From Clostridia bacterium (GTDB taxonomy: Bacteria; Bacillota; Clostridia; Oscillospirales; Acutalibacteraceae), in contig JAFQIG010000056.1 of the NCBI GenBank assembly GCA_017397655.1, forward strand, positions 6,306 through 70,305: a stretch of DNA of 64,000 bases, read 5' to 3'. Made by a program: the position numbers and the translations under genes. Shown in pieces: positions 56,496 through 64,000 of the stretch. Position 1 is the first letter of the stretch. Each line of letters begins with the position of its first letter. The notes beneath the pieces were generated by a model. That model saw only the letters and a program-made list of their open reading frames with translations. It had not been told where the DNA came from and ran no database searches.

Positions 56496-58367
56496 TTATG
56501 ACTGTTCGGATTCCTCGTTATTTGATAATCCGTACTCCTCTGCCTTCTTGTAATGCGTAGTATTAACTCCGGTTGTGAGAGTATCGAAAAGATATAGGTT
56601 GTTATATGCCAGATATCTTTTCTTATCCGTGAATAGCGTTTCTGATGCCTCGATAATATCTGCATCCGGATAGCCACCGAACGCAGGATTGATTTTTACA
56701 ACACCTGTCTGAGGAACGATATTACCTTCCTCATCCTTGCACGGAACGGCAGACGTCTCTGTCGATGTGCAAATGCGCGTAATCCAACGGAAGCCTTTGA
56801 AAGAACTATTTCTTACAGAAACAGTTGTACTGTCAGCATTCTGTAAATCAACCCAAATGGGAGAATTAAGCGTGACAATGTTTCCGTTTGAATCTTTTGT
56901 ATTGTTGAAAAATCTGCAATTATCAAAAGACCAGTTCAAATCCTTACCGTTCTCAAACGGCGCAAAGTAAAACAGAGCTGCAACAGAATCGCTGTTACTT
57001 TCGTTGAGGGGATATCCGTTCACTTCAAACAGACAATTATCAAAAGCTGCATTGAGGGTTTCTCTCGGATAAATCATCGACGGGGATACTGTGGCTGGGT
57101 CCATATCGGTGAGCCTGAAAATACAATCGTTGAAGAAAAACATATTAAAAGCCTGTGTGTTATCAGCGGGTTTTGCGTAAACCCAATTAGATTTGCTTTC
57201 AAACAAACAATTGTTAAAAGCTATGCTTTCGCTTCGCAGGGAGTACATATAAACATTTGTTTCCTGCGTATCTTTAAATACACAGTTGTTGAAATGTATA
57301 TCTCCTGCGATTCCGAAAGAAAGGGAAGTGTTTACATTATTCACAAAAACTCTGTCGAATTGAGTTTTTTCGCCCGACAAACTCATGGCTAAATCACAAT
57401 TCATTATTGATATATCCTCAAAGCGATTATTGTCAACGATGCTTGAAGATGAAATACCTGTTCCTGTTCGAGCGGTGTCAATATTACCGGAGATAGAGCA
57501 GTTTGCAAAATAGTTATTCATATTGCCATCGCCCAAAGAGATACCTCGGTTTAACCCTGCATTTGAGGGAGCAATAGAGATACCTGAAAACACAGAACCA
57601 GAAAGATTTGAACAGCGTATTCCATAGGATTTAGCAAAAATTTGTACATAGCGAATATCCGCAGTACAATACTTCACTGACGTATCGTAAAATTTGATGC
57701 CGTCACATAAAGACTTGATTACCAGATCACGCATCCTTACCGATTCTGCATCAACAAAGCCTATAGCGCTGTTTCCGGAGAATTTGTAGAACTTAAGGCT
57801 CTCAATATTTACAGTCGCACTTGATGTAAACTTCATAATGTCTGTTGAAATATTTGCAATCTCTAAAAGAGATGCGGGCTCGGCAGCAGAACTGCAAATC
57901 TTTTTTGCGATACTTCCCGAATAATTGATTGTGCTCTTTACACCGTAGATTTTTCCGGGAGAAAGCATAACAACGCAGATATCCTCTCTGTTTAACGCTG
58001 CAGTAATAATGGGTGAATTATCTTTAGCACCTGTGTTAGCACTAAATGTATTCTGCCTGTATGTGCTGTTATAGACAGTTTCCTCAGGCAGAACCGCATC
58101 ACCTTTAGCACCGAGCTGATCGATATTGACCGTACCGTTTTCGATAATCATAACGGCTTTGAACTGCTTTTCTTCCGTATTGACAAGCGTGTACTCGAAA
58201 CAGGAACCTTCAGCAGCGATACCCTGTTCTACTCGGAAGCGTGCACCTGCACCATCATCAATATGGTAATACCCTTGAGTGATAATTTCGTCTCCAACGT
58301 CTACACCGTTGAAAACTTCTGTGCCCATATTAAACAAATCTGTTATGGGTAATTTGTAAATTGACAT
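56496..58367 (-). CDS. Right-handed beta-helix protein (pectate-lyase-3-like), no signal peptide
   Basis: 623 aa with an AAGGAG RBS. The N-terminal ~95 aa are conserved with 54480-56435 and 51342-53270, and the remainder is divergent. Confidence 0.8.
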   Translation of the reverse strand: MSIYKLPITDLFNMGTEVFNGVDVGDEIITQGYYHIDDGAGARFRVEQGIAAEGSCFEYTLVNTEEKQFKAVMIIENGTVNIDQLGAKGDAVLPEETVYNSTYRQNTFSANTGAKDNSPIITAALNREDICVVMLSPGKIYGVKSTINYSGSIAKKICSSAAEPASLLEIANISTDIMKFTSSATVNIESLKFYKFSGNSAIGFVDAESVRMRDLVIKSLCDGIKFYDTSVKYCTADIRYVQIFAKSYGIRCSNLSGSVFSGISIAPSNAGLNRGISLGDGNMNNYFANCSISGNIDTARTGTGISSSSIVDNNRFEDISIMNCDLAMSLSGEKTQFDRVFVNNVNTSLSFGIAGDIHFNNCVFKDTQETNVYMYSLRSESIAFNNCLFESKSNWVYAKPADNTQAFNMFFFNDCIFRLTDMDPATVSPSMIYPRETLNAAFDNCLFEVNGYPLNESNSDSVAALFYFAPFENGKDLNWSFDNCRFFNNTKDSNGNIVTLNSPIWVDLQNADSTTVSVRNSSFKGFRWITRICTSTETSAVPCKDEEGNIVPQTGVVKINPAFGGYPDADIIEASETLFTDKKRYLAYNNLYLFDTLTTGVNTTHYKKAEEYGLSNNEESEQS

Positions 58368-58426
58368 TAAATTTTTCTCCTTAATAATTTTTAATAGTTA
58401 CGAATAAGAGAAAAATCTGCTACAAC

Positions 58427-58466
58427 ATAAAAAACACCTCCTGCAAGAAATTACACTTGCAGAAGG
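58427..58466 (-). terminator. Intrinsic terminator inside the 5' leader of the beta-helix array (attenuator candidate)
   Basis: CCUUCUGCAAG-UGUAAUUU-CUUGCAGGAGG (11 bp, all paired including one G-U) followed by UGUUUUUUAU. It lies ~60 nt upstream of the start codon. Confidence 0.6.
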
Positions 58467-58573
58467 CCCGATTTTGCGGTATAATAAAACTACCGCACGA
58501 GCCTTTGCTTGTGTGGGGATCGGTGGCAGGCTGCTGTAACTTTGGTCGGGAACTGCGGCCTGCTTACCAAACA

Positions 58574-58587
58574 GAACAAATGTTCTA
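58574..58587. promoter_or_regulatory. LexA (Cheo-box)-like palindrome AGAACAAATGTTCT
   Basis: Matches GAAC-N4-GTTC and extends to a 14-bp palindrome. It lies 7 nt downstream of the -10 box, overlapping the predicted transcription start. Confidence 0.4.
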
Positions 58588-58594
58588 TAATTTA

Positions 58595-58623
58595 TTATAT
58601 ATATCTTTTTTCTGTTTGTCAAT
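58595..58623 (-). promoter_or_regulatory. Consensus sigma-A promoter driving the beta-helix array
   Basis: Minus strand TTGACA (58618-58623), 17 nt, TATAAT (58595-58600). Confidence 0.65.
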
Positions 58624-58761
58624 AGCTTTAATATGAATTTTTTGTAAATACCCTCGAAGCTGTCATTTTTCGTCAGCTTCGGGGGATTATGTTTTTCTGA
58701 TTCTTATTGCATATTTTTGTCTTATGAAGTATAATTATAAAAAACTCGGGAGGTAACAGGG

Positions 58762-60513
58762 ATGAAAAAGACATTCAGGGTACTGCTTATTACGGCGGTA
58801 GTGTTATCCGTTATTATTCAGTCTGTTTCACTTGCGTTTGCAGGGGACAAAAATCCGTTGTCAATATATGTTGCATCGGACGTTCACTTCAGACCCGATA
58901 CAGTTCTGCCGCCTATCGGTGAGGTGCAGAGTCTGCCCGGTGATCCGATTTTTTCTCATTGCAACACAAAGGGCATGATGACCTATGAAGCAGGCGCCAT
59001 TGTTGATGAGTTTTTGTCGCGCTTTGAACAGTCCGACAGCGAGATTCTGCTCATTCCCGGAGATATCAGCGAGGACGGTTTTTTTGAAGAACATCTTGCT
59101 ATTGCCGAAAAGCTTCTGCAATTCAAACAGCGTACGGGCAAGCGCATCTTTGTAATTCCCGGTAATCACGATATCAGAACGTCAAAGTCAAAAAACCGAC
59201 TTGATCTTGAGGATTTTATGGATATCTATGCCGAGATCGGTTACGATGAGGCGATAGAGATTCACGATACATCAGCATCCTTTACTGCTGATCTTGACAG
59301 CAACTACAGGCTTATCGGCATTGATGCTTGTGTGTACCGTGAGGACAATGCAGTTATCAGCGAAAGTCTTTATTCATGGATTGAAAAGCAGGTGCAATCT
59401 GCCAAAGCTGACGGTAAAAAAATGATTGCCATGGTGCATCACAATGTTCTTGAGCATTTTGCGATAGAGGGACTTGCAATGGGTCTTCTTTGTGTAGAGG
59501 ATCATCGGACATTTTCGTCTGCACTTGCAGATTGGGGTATCAAATATGTCTTTACAGGTCACGGTCACGCCAATGATATATCGGCTGCCGTATCGGCAAA
59601 GGGCAACAGAATCTATGATATCGAAACAGGCAGTCTTATCACATATCCCAACGCATACAGAAAAGTTACATTTTCCGATGAATGTGTTGATGTTAAAACG
59701 GAGTACATCCGCAACATTGATATTTCTCTTTTGCCCGACGGTTACACCGAAGAACAGCTTGACATGATACAAAACGATTTTGTCGGATACAGTTTAGGCA
59801 GTATGCGTTCGGGAATGAGAAGCTTTACAACAACGATTCCCGACCTTATTGAGGATCTGTCAGAATCTCTTAAAATTAAGGAAGGCACAGCTTCTTACGC
59901 TGTGCTTGAAGAGCTTCTTGAAACTTTAAAGAATACGGTTGAGCTTCCTCTCTACGATAAAGAAAACACCAAAGAGATTGACAGCGTAAGTGAGATTGCA
60001 GCCTTTGCGGGAATAGAGCTTCCCGAAAGCGATTATGTTGATCTGGTTGATATAGGAGCAGGGATTTATGCAGGCTTTTATGCCGGTGACGAAGCACTCA
60101 GCTTGCACGGGTCAACAGAACTCAAGCTTTTGAGTAACGCACTTAATGCCATTCTTGTTTATGCTCTTGTTAACCTTCCTCTTTCTCCCGTAAACACTCT
60201 TCTGGCAGAGCTCGGAGCGTTTGATCTGTACTTTTTGCCAAGCACATCGGTCTACACACTTGCGGCAAAGATTGCGTATCTTCGCACGGCAGGCGAAAAG
60301 ATCGCTATAGAGCTTATCGCTCCCGTTGCGGGCGGTATCATCAATGATGTTTCTGATCCCGTAGACCTTGATGTTATTCTTGAATCATATTCGGAAACTT
60401 CCGATTCTTTTCAGAATGAAGTACCTCTGACATTCTTCGGTATCCTGAAAAAACTCTTTGAGGTTTTTATGGAAACTGTTTCAAATATTTTCAGATTCTT
60501 TTTAGGAAAGTGA
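58762..60513 (+). CDS. Secreted calcineurin-like metallophosphoesterase
   Basis: Signal peptide; SDVHF, GDISEDG, GNHD, VHHN and GHGH motifs. Confidence 0.8.
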   Translation: MKKTFRVLLITAVVLSVIIQSVSLAFAGDKNPLSIYVASDVHFRPDTVLPPIGEVQSLPGDPIFSHCNTKGMMTYEAGAIVDEFLSRFEQSDSEILLIPGDISEDGFFEEHLAIAEKLLQFKQRTGKRIFVIPGNHDIRTSKSKNRLDLEDFMDIYAEIGYDEAIEIHDTSASFTADLDSNYRLIGIDACVYREDNAVISESLYSWIEKQVQSAKADGKKMIAMVHHNVLEHFAIEGLAMGLLCVEDHRTFSSALADWGIKYVFTGHGHANDISAAVSAKGNRIYDIETGSLITYPNAYRKVTFSDECVDVKTEYIRNIDISLLPDGYTEEQLDMIQNDFVGYSLGSMRSGMRSFTTTIPDLIEDLSESLKIKEGTASYAVLEELLETLKNTVELPLYDKENTKEIDSVSEIAAFAGIELPESDYVDLVDIGAGIYAGFYAGDEALSLHGSTELKLLSNALNAILVYALVNLPLSPVNTLLAELGAFDLYFLPSTSVYTLAAKIAYLRTAGEKIAIELIAPVAGGIINDVSDPVDLDVILESYSETSDSFQNEVPLTFFGILKKLFEVFMETVSNIFRFFLGK

Positions 60514-60517
60514 TAAA

Positions 60518-61213
60518 ATGCGTTCCCCGTATACAAAAGGACTTATTGACGGCATAGCGATAGGATTGGGATACCTCTCCGTATCGTTCGGATTCGGAGT
60601 AATGGCTGTCAAGGCAGGATTGTCAATCCTCGCAACTGTCGGTATTTCTCTTACCAATTTAACCTCTGCAGGGCAGGCTGCAGGTGTCACCGTCATCGCT
60701 GCAGGCGGTACTCTGATCGAAATGCTTCTGACTCAGCTTGTAATCAATCTTCGTTATTCACTTATGGGATTTACGCTGTCCCAGAAGCTCGATAACACCT
60801 TTAACACTCCGAGACGTATGTTGGTATCTTTCGGAATTACCGATGAAATCTTTGCCGTTGCCTGTGCGCAAAAAGAACGGCTCACGGCAAAGTATATGTA
60901 CGGTCTCATCACTATGCCTGTTATCGGCTGGTCGCTCGGTACGCTTCTCGGTGCGGCGGCAGGTGCCGTTTTGCCGTCATACATATCGGATGTACTCGGC
61001 ATTCTTTTGTACGGAATGTTTATAGCAATAGTTGTTCCTCCCGCAAAAAAGAACAGGCATATCTTATTTGCGGTGATTCTGAGTATCGGTTTCAGTCTTT
61101 TGATAAAGTACGTATTTACATTTATTTCAAGCGGATTTGCGGTTATTATAAGTGCTGTTGCCGCATCCGTTATTACCGCTTTATTCTTCCCCGTAAAGGA
61201 GGATGAAGTATGA
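60518..61213 (+). CDS. azlC: AzlC-family branched-chain amino acid exporter component
   Basis: 231 aa polytopic membrane protein. Paired with a ~100-aa AzlD-like gene through an ATGA overlap. Confidence 0.8.
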   Translation: MRSPYTKGLIDGIAIGLGYLSVSFGFGVMAVKAGLSILATVGISLTNLTSAGQAAGVTVIAAGGTLIEMLLTQLVINLRYSLMGFTLSQKLDNTFNTPRRMLVSFGITDEIFAVACAQKERLTAKYMYGLITMPVIGWSLGTLLGAAAGAVLPSYISDVLGILLYGMFIAIVVPPAKKNRHILFAVILSIGFSLLIKYVFTFISSGFAVIISAVAASVITALFFPVKEDEV

Positions 61214-61521
61214 GTATCTTTTTGTATATTGCGGTTATGGCGATAACGACTTATCTTGTCCGTATGATACCGTTTACCGTGTTCAGAAAACAGATCAAGT
61301 CACGATTTATTAAGAGTGTTCTGTTCTATCTTCCGTATGCTGTTTTAACGGCAATGACAATTCCCGCAATTTTCTATTCAACAGGCAATATGATGACAGC
61401 CGTAGCAGGTACGGTTGTTGCAATAATTATGGCATATTTCAACCTGCCTCTTATCGTTGTTGCGGTATCGGCATCAGCTGCTGCGCTGATTGCGCATTTT
61501 ATTCTGTTATATATCGGGTGA
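61210..61521 (+). CDS. azlD: AzlD-family branched-chain amino acid transport protein
   Basis: 103 aa with 3-4 TM segments (YLVRMIPF motif). Confidence 0.8.
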   Translation: MSIFLYIAVMAITTYLVRMIPFTVFRKQIKSRFIKSVLFYLPYAVLTAMTIPAIFYSTGNMMTAVAGTVVAIIMAYFNLPLIVVAVSASAAALIAHFILLYIG

Positions 61522-61527
61522 TTAATA

Positions 61528-62250
61528 TTGATTAAAAAAATCATAATGATTTTTGCAATAACGTGTGTGCTGTTTCTTGCGTTTGCGTTTTGCTCAAAAA
61601 CAAAAGAGGATACACTTATTGTGACAGAAAAAGAAACTACATTAACAACGGAATCAATTTCTGAAACCTCAACCGAAGCGGTGATATCGGAAACATCTGT
61701 ACATTCAACAACCGTGACAACGACAGTTTCTGCGACGGTTACGACACTTCCGACAACGACAAAGCCGTCAACAACTCACACTACAACCACAGCTTCGCCG
61801 TCATCGGGAATAACATCACCTACAGCTTATACCACAACAACGCTTCCGACAACGGCAACCACAATACCGCAGTTTCCGAAACCGTATTATGACCCGAACG
61901 CGGCATCGGAGCTTTTGAAAAGGACTAACGAAGAGCGCGCCAAGCACTCGCTTGCACCGCTTACGTTATCATCATCATTGACAGATGCGGCAAAGATCCG
62001 TTCGTATGAGATAAGCCTGCGATTTTCTCACACAAGACCTAACGGAAAATCGTGTGACACCGTTTATACTCAGGATATCGGCGAAAATATTGCCTACGGA
62101 CAAACCTCTTATGACGAAGTTTTTAATGCGTGGATGAACAGCGAAGCGCATCGAAAAAACATTTTAAAAGAAGACTATACCCGGATGGGTGCGTATTGTT
62201 ATGTCGAATCAAACGGCAGAAAATACTGGGCGCAATTATTTATAATATAA
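61528..62250 (+). CDS. Secreted CAP/SCP (YkwD-like) domain protein with a Thr-rich linker
   Basis: C-terminal ..ERAKHSLAPL...HTRPNG...GENIAYG...WMNSEAHRKNIL.. CAP motifs. TTG start. Confidence 0.8.
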   Translation: MIKKIIMIFAITCVLFLAFAFCSKTKEDTLIVTEKETTLTTESISETSTEAVISETSVHSTTVTTTVSATVTTLPTTTKPSTTHTTTTASPSSGITSPTAYTTTTLPTTATTIPQFPKPYYDPNAASELLKRTNEERAKHSLAPLTLSSSLTDAAKIRSYEISLRFSHTRPNGKSCDTVYTQDIGENIAYGQTSYDEVFNAWMNSEAHRKNILKEDYTRMGAYCYVESNGRKYWAQLFII

Positions 62251-62262
62251 GGAGATATTAAC

Positions 62263-63327
62263 ATGGCAAGCGGATTATTAAGTCTTAACAAAAATGCAAA
62301 ACGTGAACCTTTACGCTTTGGAGAGGACGGAAAGTTCAGAATTTTACAGCTTACGGATATCCATATGGCTGATCCCGAAATGGACGATGAAGAGGACAGA
62401 AGCATACCTCAGAAAAAGCTTGAGGAAACGATGAATGTAATCACAACCTGTATCGAAAGAGCAAAGCCTGATCTTGTTGTTCTGACAGGCGATATCGTAA
62501 ACGGTTATTGGGAAGAGCTGACCTACGGTTATGTAGCAAAGATCATCGAACGCATCGTAGCACCGATTAAGGAAAAGAACATTCCTCTTGCGGTAGCTTT
62601 CGGTAACCACGACAGCGAGCTGAATTTTCATCGTGAGATTCAGATGTGTATGTATCTTGATTATGAGAATTGCCGTGCAAGCCTTAATGCGGAAGAGATG
62701 CACGGATGCGGAACATACAACCTTACGATCAAAAGCAGTAAATCCGATAAGGATGCTTTTAACATCTGGATGTTTGATTCAAATGATTATCCGAGAGATG
62801 AGAATGGAGACAGAATCCGTGAGGGAGGATATGACTATGTTCATCCCGATCAGATCGCATGGTACGAGCGTACGTCGAAGAAGCTTAAAGAGCAAAACGG
62901 CGGCGAACCGTTACCTTCGATACTTTTCCAGCACATTCCCGTTCAGCAGGAATACGATCTTATCGAAAGCTCGGAAACGGAGTTTGACGGCGAATATGTA
63001 GGATTTTGTGACTCGGACGGTCGTTATCACAGATTGACAAGCTGTATATCGGGCAGACTTCGTGAGTTCCCCTGTCCGCCTAAAGACGGTCACCGAGAAC
63101 AGTTTGACAGCTGGAAAAAGATGGGCGACATTGTTGCGGCATACTTTGGTCATGACCATACGAACGACTTTATAATCGATGTTGACGGAATCCTTCTTTG
63201 CCAGACCATCGGTGCAGGCTATTGGAGCTACGGCAACGAAAGAGGCGGAAGGCTGATCGTTCTTGACGAAAACGATCCTAAGAACATCTATACGGAAACT
63301 ATCGAAGTAGAAAAGCTTTATAAGTGA
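62263..63327 (+). CDS. Calcineurin-like metallophosphoesterase (cytoplasmic)
   Basis: LQLTDIHM, GDIVNG, GNHD and GHDH motifs. Confidence 0.8.
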   Translation: MASGLLSLNKNAKREPLRFGEDGKFRILQLTDIHMADPEMDDEEDRSIPQKKLEETMNVITTCIERAKPDLVVLTGDIVNGYWEELTYGYVAKIIERIVAPIKEKNIPLAVAFGNHDSELNFHREIQMCMYLDYENCRASLNAEEMHGCGTYNLTIKSSKSDKDAFNIWMFDSNDYPRDENGDRIREGGYDYVHPDQIAWYERTSKKLKEQNGGEPLPSILFQHIPVQQEYDLIESSETEFDGEYVGFCDSDGRYHRLTSCISGRLREFPCPPKDGHREQFDSWKKMGDIVAAYFGHDHTNDFIIDVDGILLCQTIGAGYWSYGNERGGRLIVLDENDPKNIYTETIEVEKLYK

Positions 63328-63364
63328 TTTCTTAAAATATCTTTTTAAGCCGGGATGTGATTTT

Positions 63365-63853
63365 GTGTTACTCAATATACTGATTGAAATACTGCTCATC
63401 GCATTACCTTTAGCAATAATCGCATTTTTAGTCTATGCACCGATACGTTTCTTCAAATTGAAGAATAAAGAAAAGAAAGACCCTTCTTCCGTCAGTGCCG
63501 AAGAGATGAAAGACGGTAAGATATTGCTGTGTATGGCATTGACTGTTTTGGGCTTTTTGTTGATGCTGTTTATTATCATTCTCATTCAGATTTTCCTCTT
63601 GGATTCTTATTGGTTTTTGACTTATGTTGTTCTGTGCTTGGGACCTGCAATATCGTTGATTTTCTTTATTCACAGTCTGGTTAAATACAAAAAAATAAAG
63701 AAAAAGACAGATATTGATCCCGATACCGTCAGCAAAGAAGAACTGAAAAGAAGAAAGCTCAATCTCACGCTTTCTTTGACTATAATAGGTGTGCTGGTGG
63801 TTTGTGCAGTTATTCTGTTTTCGTTGTACACTATGTTTATGCTCTCTATGTGA
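63365..63853 (+). CDS. Hypothetical membrane protein with an internal two-fold repeat
   Basis: GTG start. Two similar halves (K-rich loop ..KDPSSVSAEEMK.. / ..IDPDTVSKEELK.., each followed by a TM). Confidence 0.45.
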   Translation: MLLNILIEILLIALPLAIIAFLVYAPIRFFKLKNKEKKDPSSVSAEEMKDGKILLCMALTVLGFLLMLFIIILIQIFLLDSYWFLTYVVLCLGPAISLIFFIHSLVKYKKIKKKTDIDPDTVSKEELKRRKLNLTLSLTIIGVLVVCAVILFSLYTMFMLSM

Positions 63854-63861
63854 GGTGCGGT

Positions 63862-64000
63862 ATGAGCGAACGTGTATTCTCAAAAATACTTATCATTACA
63901 GTAGTAATCTGCATATTGCTGACGGTAGCCCATGTCATATATGATGTATACGCTTATCAGCACGGCTCGATAATATATTTTGTCGCAAAGGAGCTGTGGT
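63862..64000 (+). CDS. Hypothetical small membrane protein, partial (runs off the window)
   Basis: ATG at 63862 (MSERVFSKILIITVVICILLTVAHV...) is open to the window end. Confidence 0.3.
   Translation, partial: MSERVFSKILIITVVICILLTVAHVIYDVYAYQHGSIIYFVAKELW

Noticed and set aside
58398-58622. 74-aa minus-strand ORF upstream of the beta-helix array
   Set aside because: It would start inside the promoter/LexA-like box and read through the leader hairpins and terminator, so it is interpreted as non-coding leader.
48930-58623. Calling the beta-helix/dockerin region a prophage
   Set aside because: The window contains no terminase, portal, capsid, tail-tube, integrase or lysis genes. Only the tailspike-like architecture and a possible LexA box point that way, so this is kept as a hypothesis only.

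Overview
The window looks like chromosomal DNA from a spore-forming, dockerin-encoding Clostridia member. That guess rests on SASP, YlbJ and YqfC/YqfD genes plus type I dockerin modules, and is tentative. No rRNA, tRNA, CRISPR array, integrase or transposase was recognised.

Content from left to right:
- **1-2016:** a partial beta-propeller/helical protein gene on the minus strand that the ORF track misses.
- **2.2-8.1 kb:** a minus-strand operon behind a consensus promoter and a clear T-box leader. It encodes a P-loop NTPase, a four-subunit 2-oxoacid:ferredoxin oxidoreductase (delta-alpha-beta-gamma), an XRE/cupin regulator and an AMP-forming acyl-CoA synthetase.
- **8.1-13 kb:** a transglutaminase-like protein, ylbJ, yqfC-yqfD, and a cytoplasmic-looking beta-helix protein.
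- **13-27.4 kb:** a dcw cluster in the order mraZ-rsmH-ftsL-PBP-murE-murF-mraY-ftsW-murG-murA-ftsQ-ftsZ. It has no murD or ftsA.
- **27.6-37.5 kb:** an SASP gene, then an agr-type quorum-sensing locus. The locus has a Cys-free agrD, agrB, and a divergent XRE, LytTR regulator and AgrC-like kinase. It is interrupted by an AT-rich cassette of about 5.7 kb carrying a Sec-dependent RHS/YD-repeat toxin and a translationally coupled LRR lipoprotein. The cassette is bracketed by a roughly 370 bp direct duplication of the agrB 5' end.
- **37.8-45.1 kb:** a type I R-M operon (hsdM, DUF4238-like gene, hsdS, TM protein, hsdR). Its hsdS carries a (TAEL)x4 12-bp tandem repeat.
- **45.1-48.8 kb:** accessory genes, including an esterase.
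- **48.9-58.6 kb:** three paralogous signal-peptide-less beta-helix genes interleaved with three LRR-dockerin gene cassettes. A consensus promoter, a LexA-like palindrome and a structured leader with an intrinsic terminator lie upstream.
- **58.7-64 kb:** two metallophosphoesterases, azlCD, a CAP-domain protein and small membrane proteins.

All calls come from reading the sequence and ORF translations by eye. No database search or folding program was run.
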